Below are positions 28,797-38,709 of a stretch of 64,000 bases of DNA, piece by piece. Where the stretch lies: the IMG/VR virus record IMGVR_UViG_3300037313_001148, positions 26,670 to 90,669 of that record. One strand, 5' to 3'. This DNA comes from a virus. Taxonomy: Duplodnaviria > Caudoviricetes. A program made the position numbers and the translations under genes. Every line of letters begins with the position of its first letter. Within the stretch, counting starts at the first letter, position 1. Below the pieces are notes generated by a model. The model was not told where the DNA came from, ran no database searches, and saw only the letters and a list, made by a program, of their open reading frames with translations.

Positions 28797-30182
28797 ATGA
28801 GCATTCCATTAACCGGCACCGAAGGCTTGTTCACCCGCCTCGGTAAGATCTTCGGGCTTACAAACCTGCTCAACACGCAACGGGGAACCGACGTTCCTCC
28901 GCACGTTGATTCTATCAATGCTCAGTACGAAAATACCGATCAAAATTTAGTTACTAATCTTTACAGTAATCTTCTTTCATATCAAAATTCAAACGGTGGA
29001 TTCCCGTCCAATCTTCAGCAGCTTGCCCAGGGCACAATTACTCAGATGGCGAATGACGCCATCCCGCAAACCTCCCTATCTTCTCTTCAAGTATGCATGA
29101 ATGCGGTTATCAATCAGATGCTTACATCTGGTTCGACCGTCCAGGCATGCACTGTCTCCGGGTCCGTGGCTGCCGGGGCCAGCAACTCCGGCAATGCCGT
29201 TGTTGCCGTGAGTCTCTGGAACGGACTGGGATATATCCAGGAGAATTCCTTCGCCGAACTGATCCGGGGAACGGTCACAAATGATGCTCAGTCAGGCTCG
29301 GCGACCGCCGGTCGCGAGCAAATCACGTTTCTTGGCCAGTATCCCGTCAGTGATCCTCTTTCGTGGTTGTACCCAGTTGGCTCCGGTGCGTCTCAGTCTG
29401 TAACCTGCATCGACGCGACTCAAAGCCAGGGAAGGGGGATTCAAAATAATCTCAACAACAGTAATTTTGAATCTTGGACATCGACCAATATTCCGTCGTC
29501 CTGGAATATCCTTGTCGGTACAGCCGGATCCACGGTTTTCCAGTCGTCCGGACAAGTCTACGATGGAACGTGGTCTCTGGAATACGCGGGAGACGGATCT
29601 GAACTCACATCTTTATATCAGCAATTTGCAACCAAAACGGCCTCTGGCGACACGTCCGCGATCATCGCCCCTCTGACCCAATATGCCATTAACGCATTCG
29701 TTTCTGTAAACTCAGCTCCGTCTCAAGGTGTCATTGAATTTTCACTTACTGATAACAGCAACGCCATCATCAACAGTGAAACCGGAGTTCCAAACCTTGT
29801 TTCGGCAGACCTAACTTCCCTTTCTTCGGCGTTTGTTCCGGTTACAGGGTTCTTTCAGACGCCGCGTGTCCTGCCGACCGCCATTCGTCTTCGGGTTCGC
29901 CTTTCGACCGCTTTACAGGCCGGTCACAACGTTTTCATCGATCATCTGGCGATGGCGCAGCCGGCCATTTTCTATCCCGGTGGACCGTCGATTGCCGCGT
30001 TCTCGGCCTCCAAAAATCTTATTAACGGCGATACATATAATATCACAATCAGCAACAACTATTCCGGTCAATTCCAAAGACTCTTTGATAGATTCTTTAA
30101 CATGAAGAGCCTATCTCAGTCTTACGGACTTTTGCTCCCCTCGAGCCAGTCTCCAACAATCCCTGATTCATTGATCTCTTAA
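28797..30182 (+). CDS. structural tail protein with carbohydrate-binding-like domain
   Basis: Helical N-terminus, then NNSNFESWT...W beta-sandwich-like region. Confidence 0.55.
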   Translation: MSIPLTGTEGLFTRLGKIFGLTNLLNTQRGTDVPPHVDSINAQYENTDQNLVTNLYSNLLSYQNSNGGFPSNLQQLAQGTITQMANDAIPQTSLSSLQVCMNAVINQMLTSGSTVQACTVSGSVAAGASNSGNAVVAVSLWNGLGYIQENSFAELIRGTVTNDAQSGSATAGREQITFLGQYPVSDPLSWLYPVGSGASQSVTCIDATQSQGRGIQNNLNNSNFESWTSTNIPSSWNILVGTAGSTVFQSSGQVYDGTWSLEYAGDGSELTSLYQQFATKTASGDTSAIIAPLTQYAINAFVSVNSAPSQGVIEFSLTDNSNAIINSETGVPNLVSADLTSLSSAFVPVTGFFQTPRVLPTAIRLRVRLSTALQAGHNVFIDHLAMAQPAIFYPGGPSIAAFSASKNLINGDTYNITISNNYSGQFQRLFDRFFNMKSLSQSYGLLLPSSQSPTIPDSLIS

Positions 30183-30217
30183 TATATTAAAAAATAAAGA
30201 AATTATCGGGGATTACG

Positions 30218-32395
30218 ATGCCCACCACTACACGGGTTCCACTCCTGGATACCGCCCTGGCCACGAGCGCGGTCAGCACACTTATCGTATCCGCCGGGCC
30301 TGGCCAGGTGCCGACTACACCAAGCACGCTGACCTACAATGCCTCAACGCAGACCCTTTCGGTCGGCGCGGTGGCGGCGGTGCCGAAAATCAACACGGGG
30401 ACCGAGACCGGAACACTCGCCAATCCTAACCCACAAACCCTACTTAAACATCAGACAATTGATCCAGCGCGGGGACGATGGGATATTTGTGCATACGGCG
30501 ATTTTTTTTCCAACGGCTCTTCGCAGGTATGGGATCCAGGTCTGTTTATTGGTTATAATCCAAACCGTGATTTTACAGACCCCGGTCTAAACAGTGAGCC
30601 GTCTTTTACCTACAGTCTCGAAGCTTATTATTACGAAGCTTCGTCAGGAAAAACGACCGCCGAAGCCTACGTCGAGTTTCTCTCGCCTGCAAACGATGGG
30701 GTCAACCGTTTTCAGCGGAGGCCCTGGAGTTTCACCCTTGACCGGGCATCGGGAGCGACACGGTTCGGCATCGAACTCGGCCCAGTAGTGGCTGGATTCG
30801 CCTCATCGTTCACGATCGCCGCAGGCCCGGCAACCGGAGGTTCCTTCTCGATCGTGAATGTCGTTGCCGGAGCAACCGCAGCAGCCTCGGTGATTCAGTT
30901 GCTCTCCCCGACCGTCTCAATCGGATCGCACACGCTCAGCGATGTGGACGGCGGCTCCTCCGGAACGCTGATCTTCGGCAACGACAACCAGCCAACCCGC
31001 TCGCTCAAAGGCAATAACACAACGCTAGAGGTTGGCAGTTGGTTTACCTCGCTGCGTTACAAGACTCCTGCCGGAGTTGTTATTCAGTCAGACACAATCG
31101 ACGAAATCGATGTATTTACATTCAATGCAAATGTTCTCCACACAAACCATAAAATTTTCCAGATTCAGCACGTTGGCAGCACTCTAGCATACGTTGATAT
31201 TGCTGGCCTGACGGCAACGAACCTAACCAGCAGTGGCACACTAACTGTCGCAGGTGGTTCGACATTTTCGGGACTGATTAATGCGGCCAACTCAGGTTCG
31301 GACGGATCTTATAACGAGGTTTTTCGCGCCCAAATCGCGGGCAATCTCGGAGTAGGTAGTTGGCGAAATTCAATCGAGTCGTCACTTTCGTCAACGCCAT
31401 CCCTTTCGGGCGTGCAAATCAAAATTGCGACCAGCCAGACCACGCAAGAGGTTGTCGCCGCATTCAAGGGCGATCTCTCGACATCTCTTGAAGGATCGCT
31501 CCTGGTAAGTGGCCCGACAACGGTAGTCGGAGGCAGCCTCACTGTCTCGGCTGCCGATGGCACAAGTGTAGGAACGCTGATCTTCGGAAACGACAGCCAG
31601 CCAACCCGATCGCTCACGGGCAACAACACGACGCTGGAAGTTGGCAGTTGGTTCACTTCGCTGCGATACAAGACCCCTGCCGGAGTTACGGTCCAGGCGG
31701 ATACAATTGACGAAATCGACGTATTTACATTCAATGCAAATGTTCTCCACACAAACCATAAAATTTTCCAGATTCAGCACGTTGGCAGCACTCTAGCATA
31801 CGTTGATATTATTGGACTGACAGCGGCGAACCTGACCAGTAGTGGCACGCTAACTGTCGCGGGTAGTTCTACGTTTTCCGGCCTGATCGATACCGACACG
31901 TCGGGCGCGGACGGAGCCTATAACGAAGTCTTTCGCGCCCAAATCGCGGGCAACCTCGGAACAGGAAACTGGCGGAATTCGATCGAGTCGTCATGCTCTT
32001 CGACGGCAGTCAACTCGGGCATGCGGATCAAGATCGCGACCAGCCAGACGACTCAGGATATCGTTGCCACGTTCAAGGGCGATCTCTCGACGACGCTGGC
32101 CGGGTCGCTTTCGGTGGGCGGCGGGGCGAGCTTGAGCAAAATCCTCCCGGCCTCGGCGATCCTCGATTTCCCCTCGATCGCGGCGGGAGGACAGCAGGAA
32201 CTTACCATCTCCGTCACCGGCGCGGCCGCCGGTGCGATGGTATCGCTCGGTCCCCCTTCCGTCCTGGAGGCGGGTGTGATCGTGGGGGCCCGCGTTTCCG
32301 CCTCGGGCGTCGTGACGGTGTGCGCCGCCAATATCACCGGATCGCCGATCGACCCCGCCTCGGCCACCTACAAGGTCGTGGTATTCAACCCGTGA
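30218..32395 (+). CDS. tail fibre with internal 203-aa duplication
   Basis: Ser/Thr/Gly-rich; repeats start at 30962 and 31571. Confidence 0.75.
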   Translation: MPTTTRVPLLDTALATSAVSTLIVSAGPGQVPTTPSTLTYNASTQTLSVGAVAAVPKINTGTETGTLANPNPQTLLKHQTIDPARGRWDICAYGDFFSNGSSQVWDPGLFIGYNPNRDFTDPGLNSEPSFTYSLEAYYYEASSGKTTAEAYVEFLSPANDGVNRFQRRPWSFTLDRASGATRFGIELGPVVAGFASSFTIAAGPATGGSFSIVNVVAGATAAASVIQLLSPTVSIGSHTLSDVDGGSSGTLIFGNDNQPTRSLKGNNTTLEVGSWFTSLRYKTPAGVVIQSDTIDEIDVFTFNANVLHTNHKIFQIQHVGSTLAYVDIAGLTATNLTSSGTLTVAGGSTFSGLINAANSGSDGSYNEVFRAQIAGNLGVGSWRNSIESSLSSTPSLSGVQIKIATSQTTQEVVAAFKGDLSTSLEGSLLVSGPTTVVGGSLTVSAADGTSVGTLIFGNDSQPTRSLTGNNTTLEVGSWFTSLRYKTPAGVTVQADTIDEIDVFTFNANVLHTNHKIFQIQHVGSTLAYVDIIGLTAANLTSSGTLTVAGSSTFSGLIDTDTSGADGAYNEVFRAQIAGNLGTGNWRNSIESSCSSTAVNSGMRIKIATSQTTQDIVATFKGDLSTTLAGSLSVGGGASLSKILPASAILDFPSIAAGGQQELTISVTGAAAGAMVSLGPPSVLEAGVIVGARVSASGVVTVCAANITGSPIDPASATYKVVVFNP
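30940..32110 (+). repeat. 609-bp tandem duplication within the tail fibre
   Basis: ggaacgctgatcttcgg at 30962 and 31571; long near-identical runs (e.g. ...gcaaatgttctcca...cacaaaccataaaattttccagattcagcacgttggcagcactctagcatacgttgatatt). Confidence 0.9.
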
Positions 32396-32402
32396 GGTTT
32401 TC

Positions 32403-32684
32403 ATGAGCGAATTCGCATTTTATCTCGGAATCCTCGTTGGTCTTTGCCTCGGATTGGCCTACAAGGTTAGACGATCCGTCGCGTCCCATCTCTGGCCGCG
32501 GAGCACATTGCAAGGCCGCTGGTCGCACACGCTGGACTCGTCTTACGCTACGCCAGTTTTCACGTACACCACCGACGAACACTATATCAAGTCGGGCGAT
32601 GGAGGCTTCAGTTCGTCCCCCTACGTCGAGTTCCTCTCGCCGCCGCTCGACCGGCGTGTTTCTGGTGACGTATTCAACCCGTGA
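32403..32684 (+). pseudogene. small chimeric ORF made of tail-fibre fragments
   Basis: cctacgtcgagtt(t/c)ctctcgcc shared with ~30666; ends gtattcaacccgtgagg like the fibre 3' end. Confidence 0.55.
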
Positions 32685-32691
32685 GGCGGAA

Positions 32692-33459
32692 ATGCCCGAA
32701 GTCAAAGTAATCGATCTTGCCCACGTCAATGTAGACGGCGTGGTCGCCGGCAGCGTGGTGGACGTGCTCGACAACTATCGCCCGATCGAGGGCATCAAAG
32801 ATCTCCTGTTCGCGGCGGTCCAGCGATGGTCCGACGATCGCGAGCAAGCCCACGAGACGGCCGTCGCTTCACTCCGCGAGTGTCACTGCAAGGAATGCGA
32901 CGACCTGAAGGCCACACACGCGACGGCCTTGCAAGATACCTACGGCAAACATAGGGCGGAACTCGACGAAGCGGCACAGGCCCACGCCTCGAACCTCCAG
33001 GCGGCGACTGATAGCCATGCGAAGGCGATGGCCTCACTGAAGGAGCAACTCCAGGCTGACCGCCGTGCCGAAACGGACGAACTACAGGCTCAGATCACTG
33101 AACTCCACAAGGTGATTGACGAACAAAAGGCTGTGACGGGCAAGCATCAGACGGCACTCGACGAAGCGGCGCAGGCTCACACCGAAGCGATCCAAGCGAT
33201 CGCCGATAGCCACTCAGTCGCCCTTGCCACGCTCAAGGAGCAACTCCAGGCCGACCACCGCGCTGAAACTGACGGACTGCGTTCGCAAATCGCCGAACTC
33301 CTTAAAGTGATCGACGAGCAGAAGACCCTGATCGAGACGCTTGGCGGCACCGAGCTTGGGCAACAGATGGCCCGCGAGAAGCGATGCCGGGAACTGCGTG
33401 AGACGATCGCCCGGCTCCAGGCGGAACATGACGCGATGGCCGAACCGCAAGGAGCATAA
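32692..33459 (+). CDS. coiled-coil protein with a 65-aa internal repeat
   Basis: ctcgacgaagcggc(a/g)caggc at ~32962 and ~33157; probable ATG 32692. Confidence 0.7.
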   Translation: MPEVKVIDLAHVNVDGVVAGSVVDVLDNYRPIEGIKDLLFAAVQRWSDDREQAHETAVASLRECHCKECDDLKATHATALQDTYGKHRAELDEAAQAHASNLQAATDSHAKAMASLKEQLQADRRAETDELQAQITELHKVIDEQKAVTGKHQTALDEAAQAHTEAIQAIADSHSVALATLKEQLQADHRAETDGLRSQIAELLKVIDEQKTLIETLGGTELGQQMAREKRCRELRETIARLQAEHDAMAEPQGA

Positions 33460-33462
33460 TCG

Positions 33463-34047
33463 ATGGCCGACACCACCCTCGTCATTGTGTATCCCACGGG
33501 CGTGAACCTCTACACTCAGATCGTGGCGCCGGACAACACGGTCTGGAACGGGTTGAATTACGTCGCTCTCTCGGTGGCATCATGGGCGACATTTGCGACT
33601 TCGACGCTCGAGACGCCAGCCTCGAGCGGAGTGTACGTGTGTCAGTTCCCCGTCAGTTCTCCGGCCGGTAACTATAAGTGGAGAACATATCTACGTGCGG
33701 GCGGATCTCCAGTTTCAAGCGACGTTTGTGTAGGAACAGGAAGTGGATTCTGGGACGGAACAACGTTTGGCTCCGTGAACTCAATTACCGATAAAGCTGG
33801 ATTCGCTTTATCATCAACCGGAATCGACTCGATCGTTATTGAGGCTGCCGCCGGAAGCCAACCTAATATCAATGCACGCCAGGGGATCGCCCTGGTTTTT
33901 AATGCGGCGTGCTACGGACTTCTCAATGGAGTCGGCAGCCCTTCGCCAGTCCAGATTCTCAATCCGGCCGGCACGGTCGTCAGAGCGACAGTAACAACTG
34001 ACTCAGAGAACAATCGAACAAACGTAGAATTCAATAATCTTCCTTGA
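33463..34047 (+). CDS. virion structural protein
   Basis: GGAG SD; Thr/Ser/Gly-rich beta-type sequence. Confidence 0.6.
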   Translation: MADTTLVIVYPTGVNLYTQIVAPDNTVWNGLNYVALSVASWATFATSTLETPASSGVYVCQFPVSSPAGNYKWRTYLRAGGSPVSSDVCVGTGSGFWDGTTFGSVNSITDKAGFALSSTGIDSIVIEAAAGSQPNINARQGIALVFNAACYGLLNGVGSPSPVQILNPAGTVVRATVTTDSENNRTNVEFNNLP

Positions 34048-34048
34048 A

Positions 34049-35248
34049 ATGTATCCATCAAAATTATTTCAAGAATTCCCATTCCCATCACGGCTGTTCC
34101 CGCAGAGCGCAGGCTTTGGGGGAACAGTTTCCGATTACGCCCTCATTCTTCTCTCTGTCCAGGCAGCCCTTCAGAACGCCGCAAATCAGTTCGGCCTTTT
34201 TCCTGGCCGGCTAATTCCGCTTCAGCCGTATCCTAATCAGCTTTTCCCAAAGTCTTCCCCACGATTCGGCAGCGTCCGGGCGCCAATCACACTCTACAAA
34301 AATCCGCCACCTCTCTCAGAAGGCCCGATCGCCTTCATCATGCCTGGTCCATCGAAATGGCTAAGCGGAGAGATCATGGGCGACGGCCGCTATTATTCCG
34401 GCTACGACGGAAGATTTACGATTAGAGTTGTCGATAAATCTATTCTAGACTACACAGGAAACGATACAATCCGGCTCACAGACGCCAGTACCGGACTGAT
34501 GCGGACAGCCGATTTCATCGTGGATGTACTGGACATTGAATTCCCGATTGACTCCAACGGCAATCCGCTAACACAAGAACCTATTGTTCTAGAAACATAT
34601 TCAAGTCCGCAAATTTTTGAAGGAGCCGGAGAATGGTGCGGAATTGATCTCACCTTCAAATTCCCCTGGACTCATTCAATATCTGTTCCTGAAGCGAACA
34701 ACACCACGATCACGTCATCCCGGCCCTCTCCGACCGGAATGGCCGATCTTCTCTTGTCTGTCCAGGACGCTATCCTTCAGCAAGGATATATCAATAACGT
34801 TCAATCATCAATCGTTATTAGAAACGAACGAAGTTTCCCGCTAGCCGGCGGTCCCTACGTCAACATTAAGCCAGGTACATTTAGATCTATAGACCTAGAC
34901 AAGTATGGAGCCGGCCGCAATTACGCCACAATGGAAGGAAACTTCACAGTTTCTCCATACGTCCATAACTCTATGGATATTACGGGTCGCGCCGACCTGG
35001 CCCTGACCGTAAACAATCCGGCGATTTCCCTTTACTCTCTCTCTCAATATCTAGTCGAAAATCTACAACTCTTCTTCCTTGGATTTGGCGGCCAATTCCT
35101 CGCTGAGAATCCGCTTGCTCTGGAAGGAATCTCCGAGCCACGTTACTATAAGGGGAATTCGTCCTACGTCGGCTTGGATCTCAATTTCATCGTAAGATAT
35201 CAGGAATTGCTCAGTCAAAATACCGACACTATTTCCCCTATAATCTAG
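34049..35248 (+). CDS. tail completion/terminator-like protein with two tandem homologous domains
   Basis: LLSVQAAL / LLSVQDAI, PIVLE / PLALE, GIDLTF / GLDLNF. Confidence 0.55.
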   Translation: MYPSKLFQEFPFPSRLFPQSAGFGGTVSDYALILLSVQAALQNAANQFGLFPGRLIPLQPYPNQLFPKSSPRFGSVRAPITLYKNPPPLSEGPIAFIMPGPSKWLSGEIMGDGRYYSGYDGRFTIRVVDKSILDYTGNDTIRLTDASTGLMRTADFIVDVLDIEFPIDSNGNPLTQEPIVLETYSSPQIFEGAGEWCGIDLTFKFPWTHSISVPEANNTTITSSRPSPTGMADLLLSVQDAILQQGYINNVQSSIVIRNERSFPLAGGPYVNIKPGTFRSIDLDKYGAGRNYATMEGNFTVSPYVHNSMDITGRADLALTVNNPAISLYSLSQYLVENLQLFFLGFGGQFLAENPLALEGISEPRYYKGNSSYVGLDLNFIVRYQELLSQNTDTISPII

Positions 35249-35254
35249 CTGCCG

Positions 35255-35300
35255 CCGACACTCCTCCTTCTCCGTCGTCCCTTGTGCCGCGAAGCGGCAC
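35255..35300 (+). repeat. hairpin element copy 6
   Basis: ccgacactcctccttctccgtcgtccctt followed by gtgccgc-GAA-gcggcac; intergenic. Confidence 0.9.
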
Positions 35301-35313
35301 CGGATCAGGCAAA

Positions 35314-36144
35314 ATGTCACTCACATTAGCAAATTATCCGTTAACCGTCGAAGATCTTCCGGGGGAAGTGTACGGGTTTGTCGAAAAAAATATCAACCCA
35401 GAAGCATATTTTCCATGGCTACGACGGGCGTTTCCTGGTTGGGGTTATGCCTCGTTGACGTGGCCGACCGGGTATCGGCGCGAGCGGGATTTCGTCATCA
35501 ATAAGTTTTACTGGCCGACAGGGGCTTGCCGGTGGGCTTACGGACATTTCCTGGCCGATGCCTACTGGACAGACAAGATCCGAGACGCGGCGTTCACGTC
35601 CACGGGGGCGGGTCCATCGGTGCCGATCCGGCTCAAGATGGACTCGCCCGGTGCGGAGAATGACGAAACTCTCGACACGAAGGTCTATCTTCTCCCGCCT
35701 TCACCGCTCTCGGCGGTTCCCGTCGATGAAGAAAATCATACAGTCAACAATCTATACCTTCTCACGGTTGTTGACGAGCGTTATTACTGGTGGTACAAGG
35801 CGACTCCGCTCCTCCAGTTCGATCAGACGAACGGCGAAACCTGGATCAACGCCTTTCAGAAAGTCAGCGATTCGCTTGGGACCACGGTCCAGGTAGATAC
35901 AATCAGTTCTTCATATCTAAGAGCATCGCCGCAACTTAATATGTCCTATGAAGTCTTGCCGCCGTGGTTTGACGCCCTGGCGTTCAATGTAGGGCAGAAG
36001 GTCGTCAGACTATACGACGGAACGGTCAAGACTCAAAACTTCTCGACCGCCTACACAGCCTTACTTAACGACGTAAACAGCATCCCTCATCTGACGCGAA
36101 CCCTGATTGCGGGCGGCGATCGTTTTACTGACACAATCATATGA
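35314..36144 (+). CDS. tail/baseplate-associated protein
   Basis: ATG 35314 (MSLTLANYP); coupled to the next gene. Confidence 0.6.
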   Translation: MSLTLANYPLTVEDLPGEVYGFVEKNINPEAYFPWLRRAFPGWGYASLTWPTGYRRERDFVINKFYWPTGACRWAYGHFLADAYWTDKIRDAAFTSTGAGPSVPIRLKMDSPGAENDETLDTKVYLLPPSPLSAVPVDEENHTVNNLYLLTVVDERYYWWYKATPLLQFDQTNGETWINAFQKVSDSLGTTVQVDTISSSYLRASPQLNMSYEVLPPWFDALAFNVGQKVVRLYDGTVKTQNFSTAYTALLNDVNSIPHLTRTLIAGGDRFTDTII

Positions 36145-36785
36145 GCTTTGATTTTGGTAAAACCGCCGTATTCCCCTCGTCGGGCGGTGTCCGGTTCCTG
36201 GGCAGGCGTTGCACCGGGCAGGCGTCCGGTACGGCGGTGCCTCAATTTTACACCAAGATTGTCGCGTTTCCTTCGGCTGGCGTTCCTAATGCCCCTGCCT
36301 CGATTCAGGGTGTTCAGAGCACAATCAAATGGTTCCACGACAGCGCCATCGCCCTGTTCAATCAGGGATCGTCCACACCGACCAACCAGGCCGACCTTGA
36401 CGCCCTGGCGAATCGGATTCTCAAGGATTACTGGGGTTGGCTCACGGAATCCTTCGATGAGGTTTACCCCGAAGTCATCGCCCCCGTTCCCAATGCCCTC
36501 CTGGACACGATCGAATGGACGTACCGGCCTCGCGGCGAACTTTTTACACGTCTATTCACGAAAGAATATAATTCTGACCCAGAAGAGCTTTTTCACTGGT
36601 ATCCAACCTCGGGATGCGTTGACGTATCGTCAGCTAATCTTGTAGTTGGACCAGAGCCATGTATAATTTTTTATGGGCCTCCTGCTCAATGCTCAGGCGT
36701 AAACCTGACCATGACGAGATACAAGGTGTGCCTAACTGACGGCCTCCTTATCCAGACCTACATCTCAACAGACGTAGTTCAATAA
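36141..36785 (+). CDS. tail accessory protein, short paralog
   Basis: N-terminal ~160 aa homologous to the next ORF. Confidence 0.7.
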   Translation: MSFDFGKTAVFPSSGGVRFLGRRCTGQASGTAVPQFYTKIVAFPSAGVPNAPASIQGVQSTIKWFHDSAIALFNQGSSTPTNQADLDALANRILKDYWGWLTESFDEVYPEVIAPVPNALLDTIEWTYRPRGELFTRLFTKEYNSDPEELFHWYPTSGCVDVSSANLVVGPEPCIIFYGPPAQCSGVNLTMTRYKVCLTDGLLIQTYISTDVVQ

Positions 36786-36787
36786 AA

Positions 36788-38707
36788 ATGTTTGGACAAT
36801 CTTCAATAATTCCCGCTTCTGGAGCCGTGAGATTTCAGACCCGGAGGTGCAACGGGCAGGCATCGGCCTCTGTTCCGGCGTTTTACACGCACGTTGCCCC
36901 TCTATCTTCACTTGGAATTACGCAAATTTCTGGCCCTGGGTTCGTCGGCGCGACGAAATGGTTCCATGATCGGGTAATCGCCCAGTTCAATGCCGGGGGA
37001 ACCACGCCAACGAATCAGTCGATTCTTGATACACTAGCAGAACAGATAATTAAAGATTATTTTATCTGGAAATCACAATCCTTCGATGAAGTTTACCCTG
37101 AAGTCATCGCTCCCACTCCCAACGCCCTCCTGGACACGATCGAATGGACATATCGACCAAAAAAACTATTTACAAGACTGTTTACCTCTGATTACAACAG
37201 TGAACCAGAAGAGCTTTTCCACTGGGATTCCACAATCGGCGGATGCAACACAGCATCAGCATCCAAAACGCCCTGCTTTGAATCCTACGGACCCCCAACA
37301 AAACAAGGTGGACTTGCGGTTGTAGAAGTATTCCTCAACTGCCTAACCGATGGAAAGCTATTCCAAACTTATATAAGAAAAGACACACTTCCATGTGACT
37401 GCGGAACATCAAGCTGTTCGGGCCAGGTTTGCGCGACTGTAAGGGGATGCGGGATTCTTGTTGATGGCACCAGTATTGACCTGATTAACGATTTAGGTGT
37501 CGCGGTCAATTCTTGCGTTACGTCAAGCGGAATCTGTTGCATGAGCTTCAAGCCGGCCGGAACCTACACCCTGGTTGCGCACGGGGATTGCGGCCTGGCT
37601 TCCGCTAGCTTCTTTGGAATCTGCGGCCAAACAGCAAATGCAAGCCTAAACGTTCCATCAATTAATGTAACTGTCAACTATTCAATCTTAGGAGGAACCT
37701 GCGTTACTCTTGGTGGATGCCATGTTCATGTCACAGGAAATGGAATGAACTTATCGGCTTCTCTTCCTGACTCTGGAGTGCTTTCTTTCTGTGTCCCGAA
37801 ATTTGGAACATACGCATTAGAATTCACTTGCAGTCCATGTTTCAACTCCCAGACAGATACAGTAACAGTCTCATCATGCAGTACAACTAAAAATATCACT
37901 GTAACTGCTGTTCAATACACCTGGACAGGAGAAGTTGATGGATGCGACGGGGGCCCCCTGGGTGGAATTGGCTGGACTATCAGCGGCGACGTAGGTACGT
38001 TTAGCGGAACTACGACAGCGGACGGGATCATAGGTCCGCTCAACTTCAGATCCGGCTGCAACGGAACTCTTACTCTATCGAAGCCTCCTAGGTGGTTAAA
38101 CACAAGCTGGCCAATTGGTATCGGATGTGAAAATTCTGTACCAGACCACTCCACCGGGTCAAACATCTATGGGTTGAATGTAAACGGAAATTGGCCATCC
38201 CTTCCACCTACAGGATATCTCTGTTTTTGTTGCGATGAACCAATTACCTACCCGCCGACCCTGACTGATTCGTCAGGGACGTATTCGATGGTCCCCAACG
38301 GAAGCATCGGATTCGGAACAAACTGTCTCACGACGGCTCTTCCTATCACCGTAAGTTGCGTAGATCCTTCGCCCCTCGGAGGGCTAGGATGTGGAGGGGG
38401 AACATATTCAAGCACTGTAGCGTATACATATTTTCTTCAATGCACACACGACGGACAATGGACGCTTACAAGATATATTACTGTCTGCAATGACGGATCA
38501 GGGGGGACGGCTCCTGTAGGTTCATACTGCAATTTCTCCGGAGCGGTTACGCCGTCCGGGAATCCGGCATCATGTGCTACTCCAGGATTAAATCCTCCCC
38601 TGATAACTTTGGCAGAAACAGTTACCGCTACTGTTGACTGCGTAAACCTTAGAGCAACATTCAATTTCACTTACGGATTCAGCGATACAGTTGTCGTCCA
38701 GGGTTAA
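36788..38707 (+). CDS. Cys-rich tail fibre/adhesin, long paralog
   Basis: Shares SFDEVYPEVIAPxPNALLDTIEWTYRP with the previous ORF; C-terminus very rich in Cys, Gly, Thr and Ser. Confidence 0.7.
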   Translation: MFGQSSIIPASGAVRFQTRRCNGQASASVPAFYTHVAPLSSLGITQISGPGFVGATKWFHDRVIAQFNAGGTTPTNQSILDTLAEQIIKDYFIWKSQSFDEVYPEVIAPTPNALLDTIEWTYRPKKLFTRLFTSDYNSEPEELFHWDSTIGGCNTASASKTPCFESYGPPTKQGGLAVVEVFLNCLTDGKLFQTYIRKDTLPCDCGTSSCSGQVCATVRGCGILVDGTSIDLINDLGVAVNSCVTSSGICCMSFKPAGTYTLVAHGDCGLASASFFGICGQTANASLNVPSINVTVNYSILGGTCVTLGGCHVHVTGNGMNLSASLPDSGVLSFCVPKFGTYALEFTCSPCFNSQTDTVTVSSCSTTKNITVTAVQYTWTGEVDGCDGGPLGGIGWTISGDVGTFSGTTTADGIIGPLNFRSGCNGTLTLSKPPRWLNTSWPIGIGCENSVPDHSTGSNIYGLNVNGNWPSLPPTGYLCFCCDEPITYPPTLTDSSGTYSMVPNGSIGFGTNCLTTALPITVSCVDPSPLGGLGCGGGTYSSTVAYTYFLQCTHDGQWTLTRYITVCNDGSGGTAPVGSYCNFSGAVTPSGNPASCATPGLNPPLITLAETVTATVDCVNLRATFNFTYGFSDTVVVQG

Positions 38708-38709
38708 CA

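Noticed and set aside
36141-37200. Shared block as a DGR template/variable repeat
   Set aside because: Differences are not adenine-specific, both copies are coding N-terminal domains, and no RT is present
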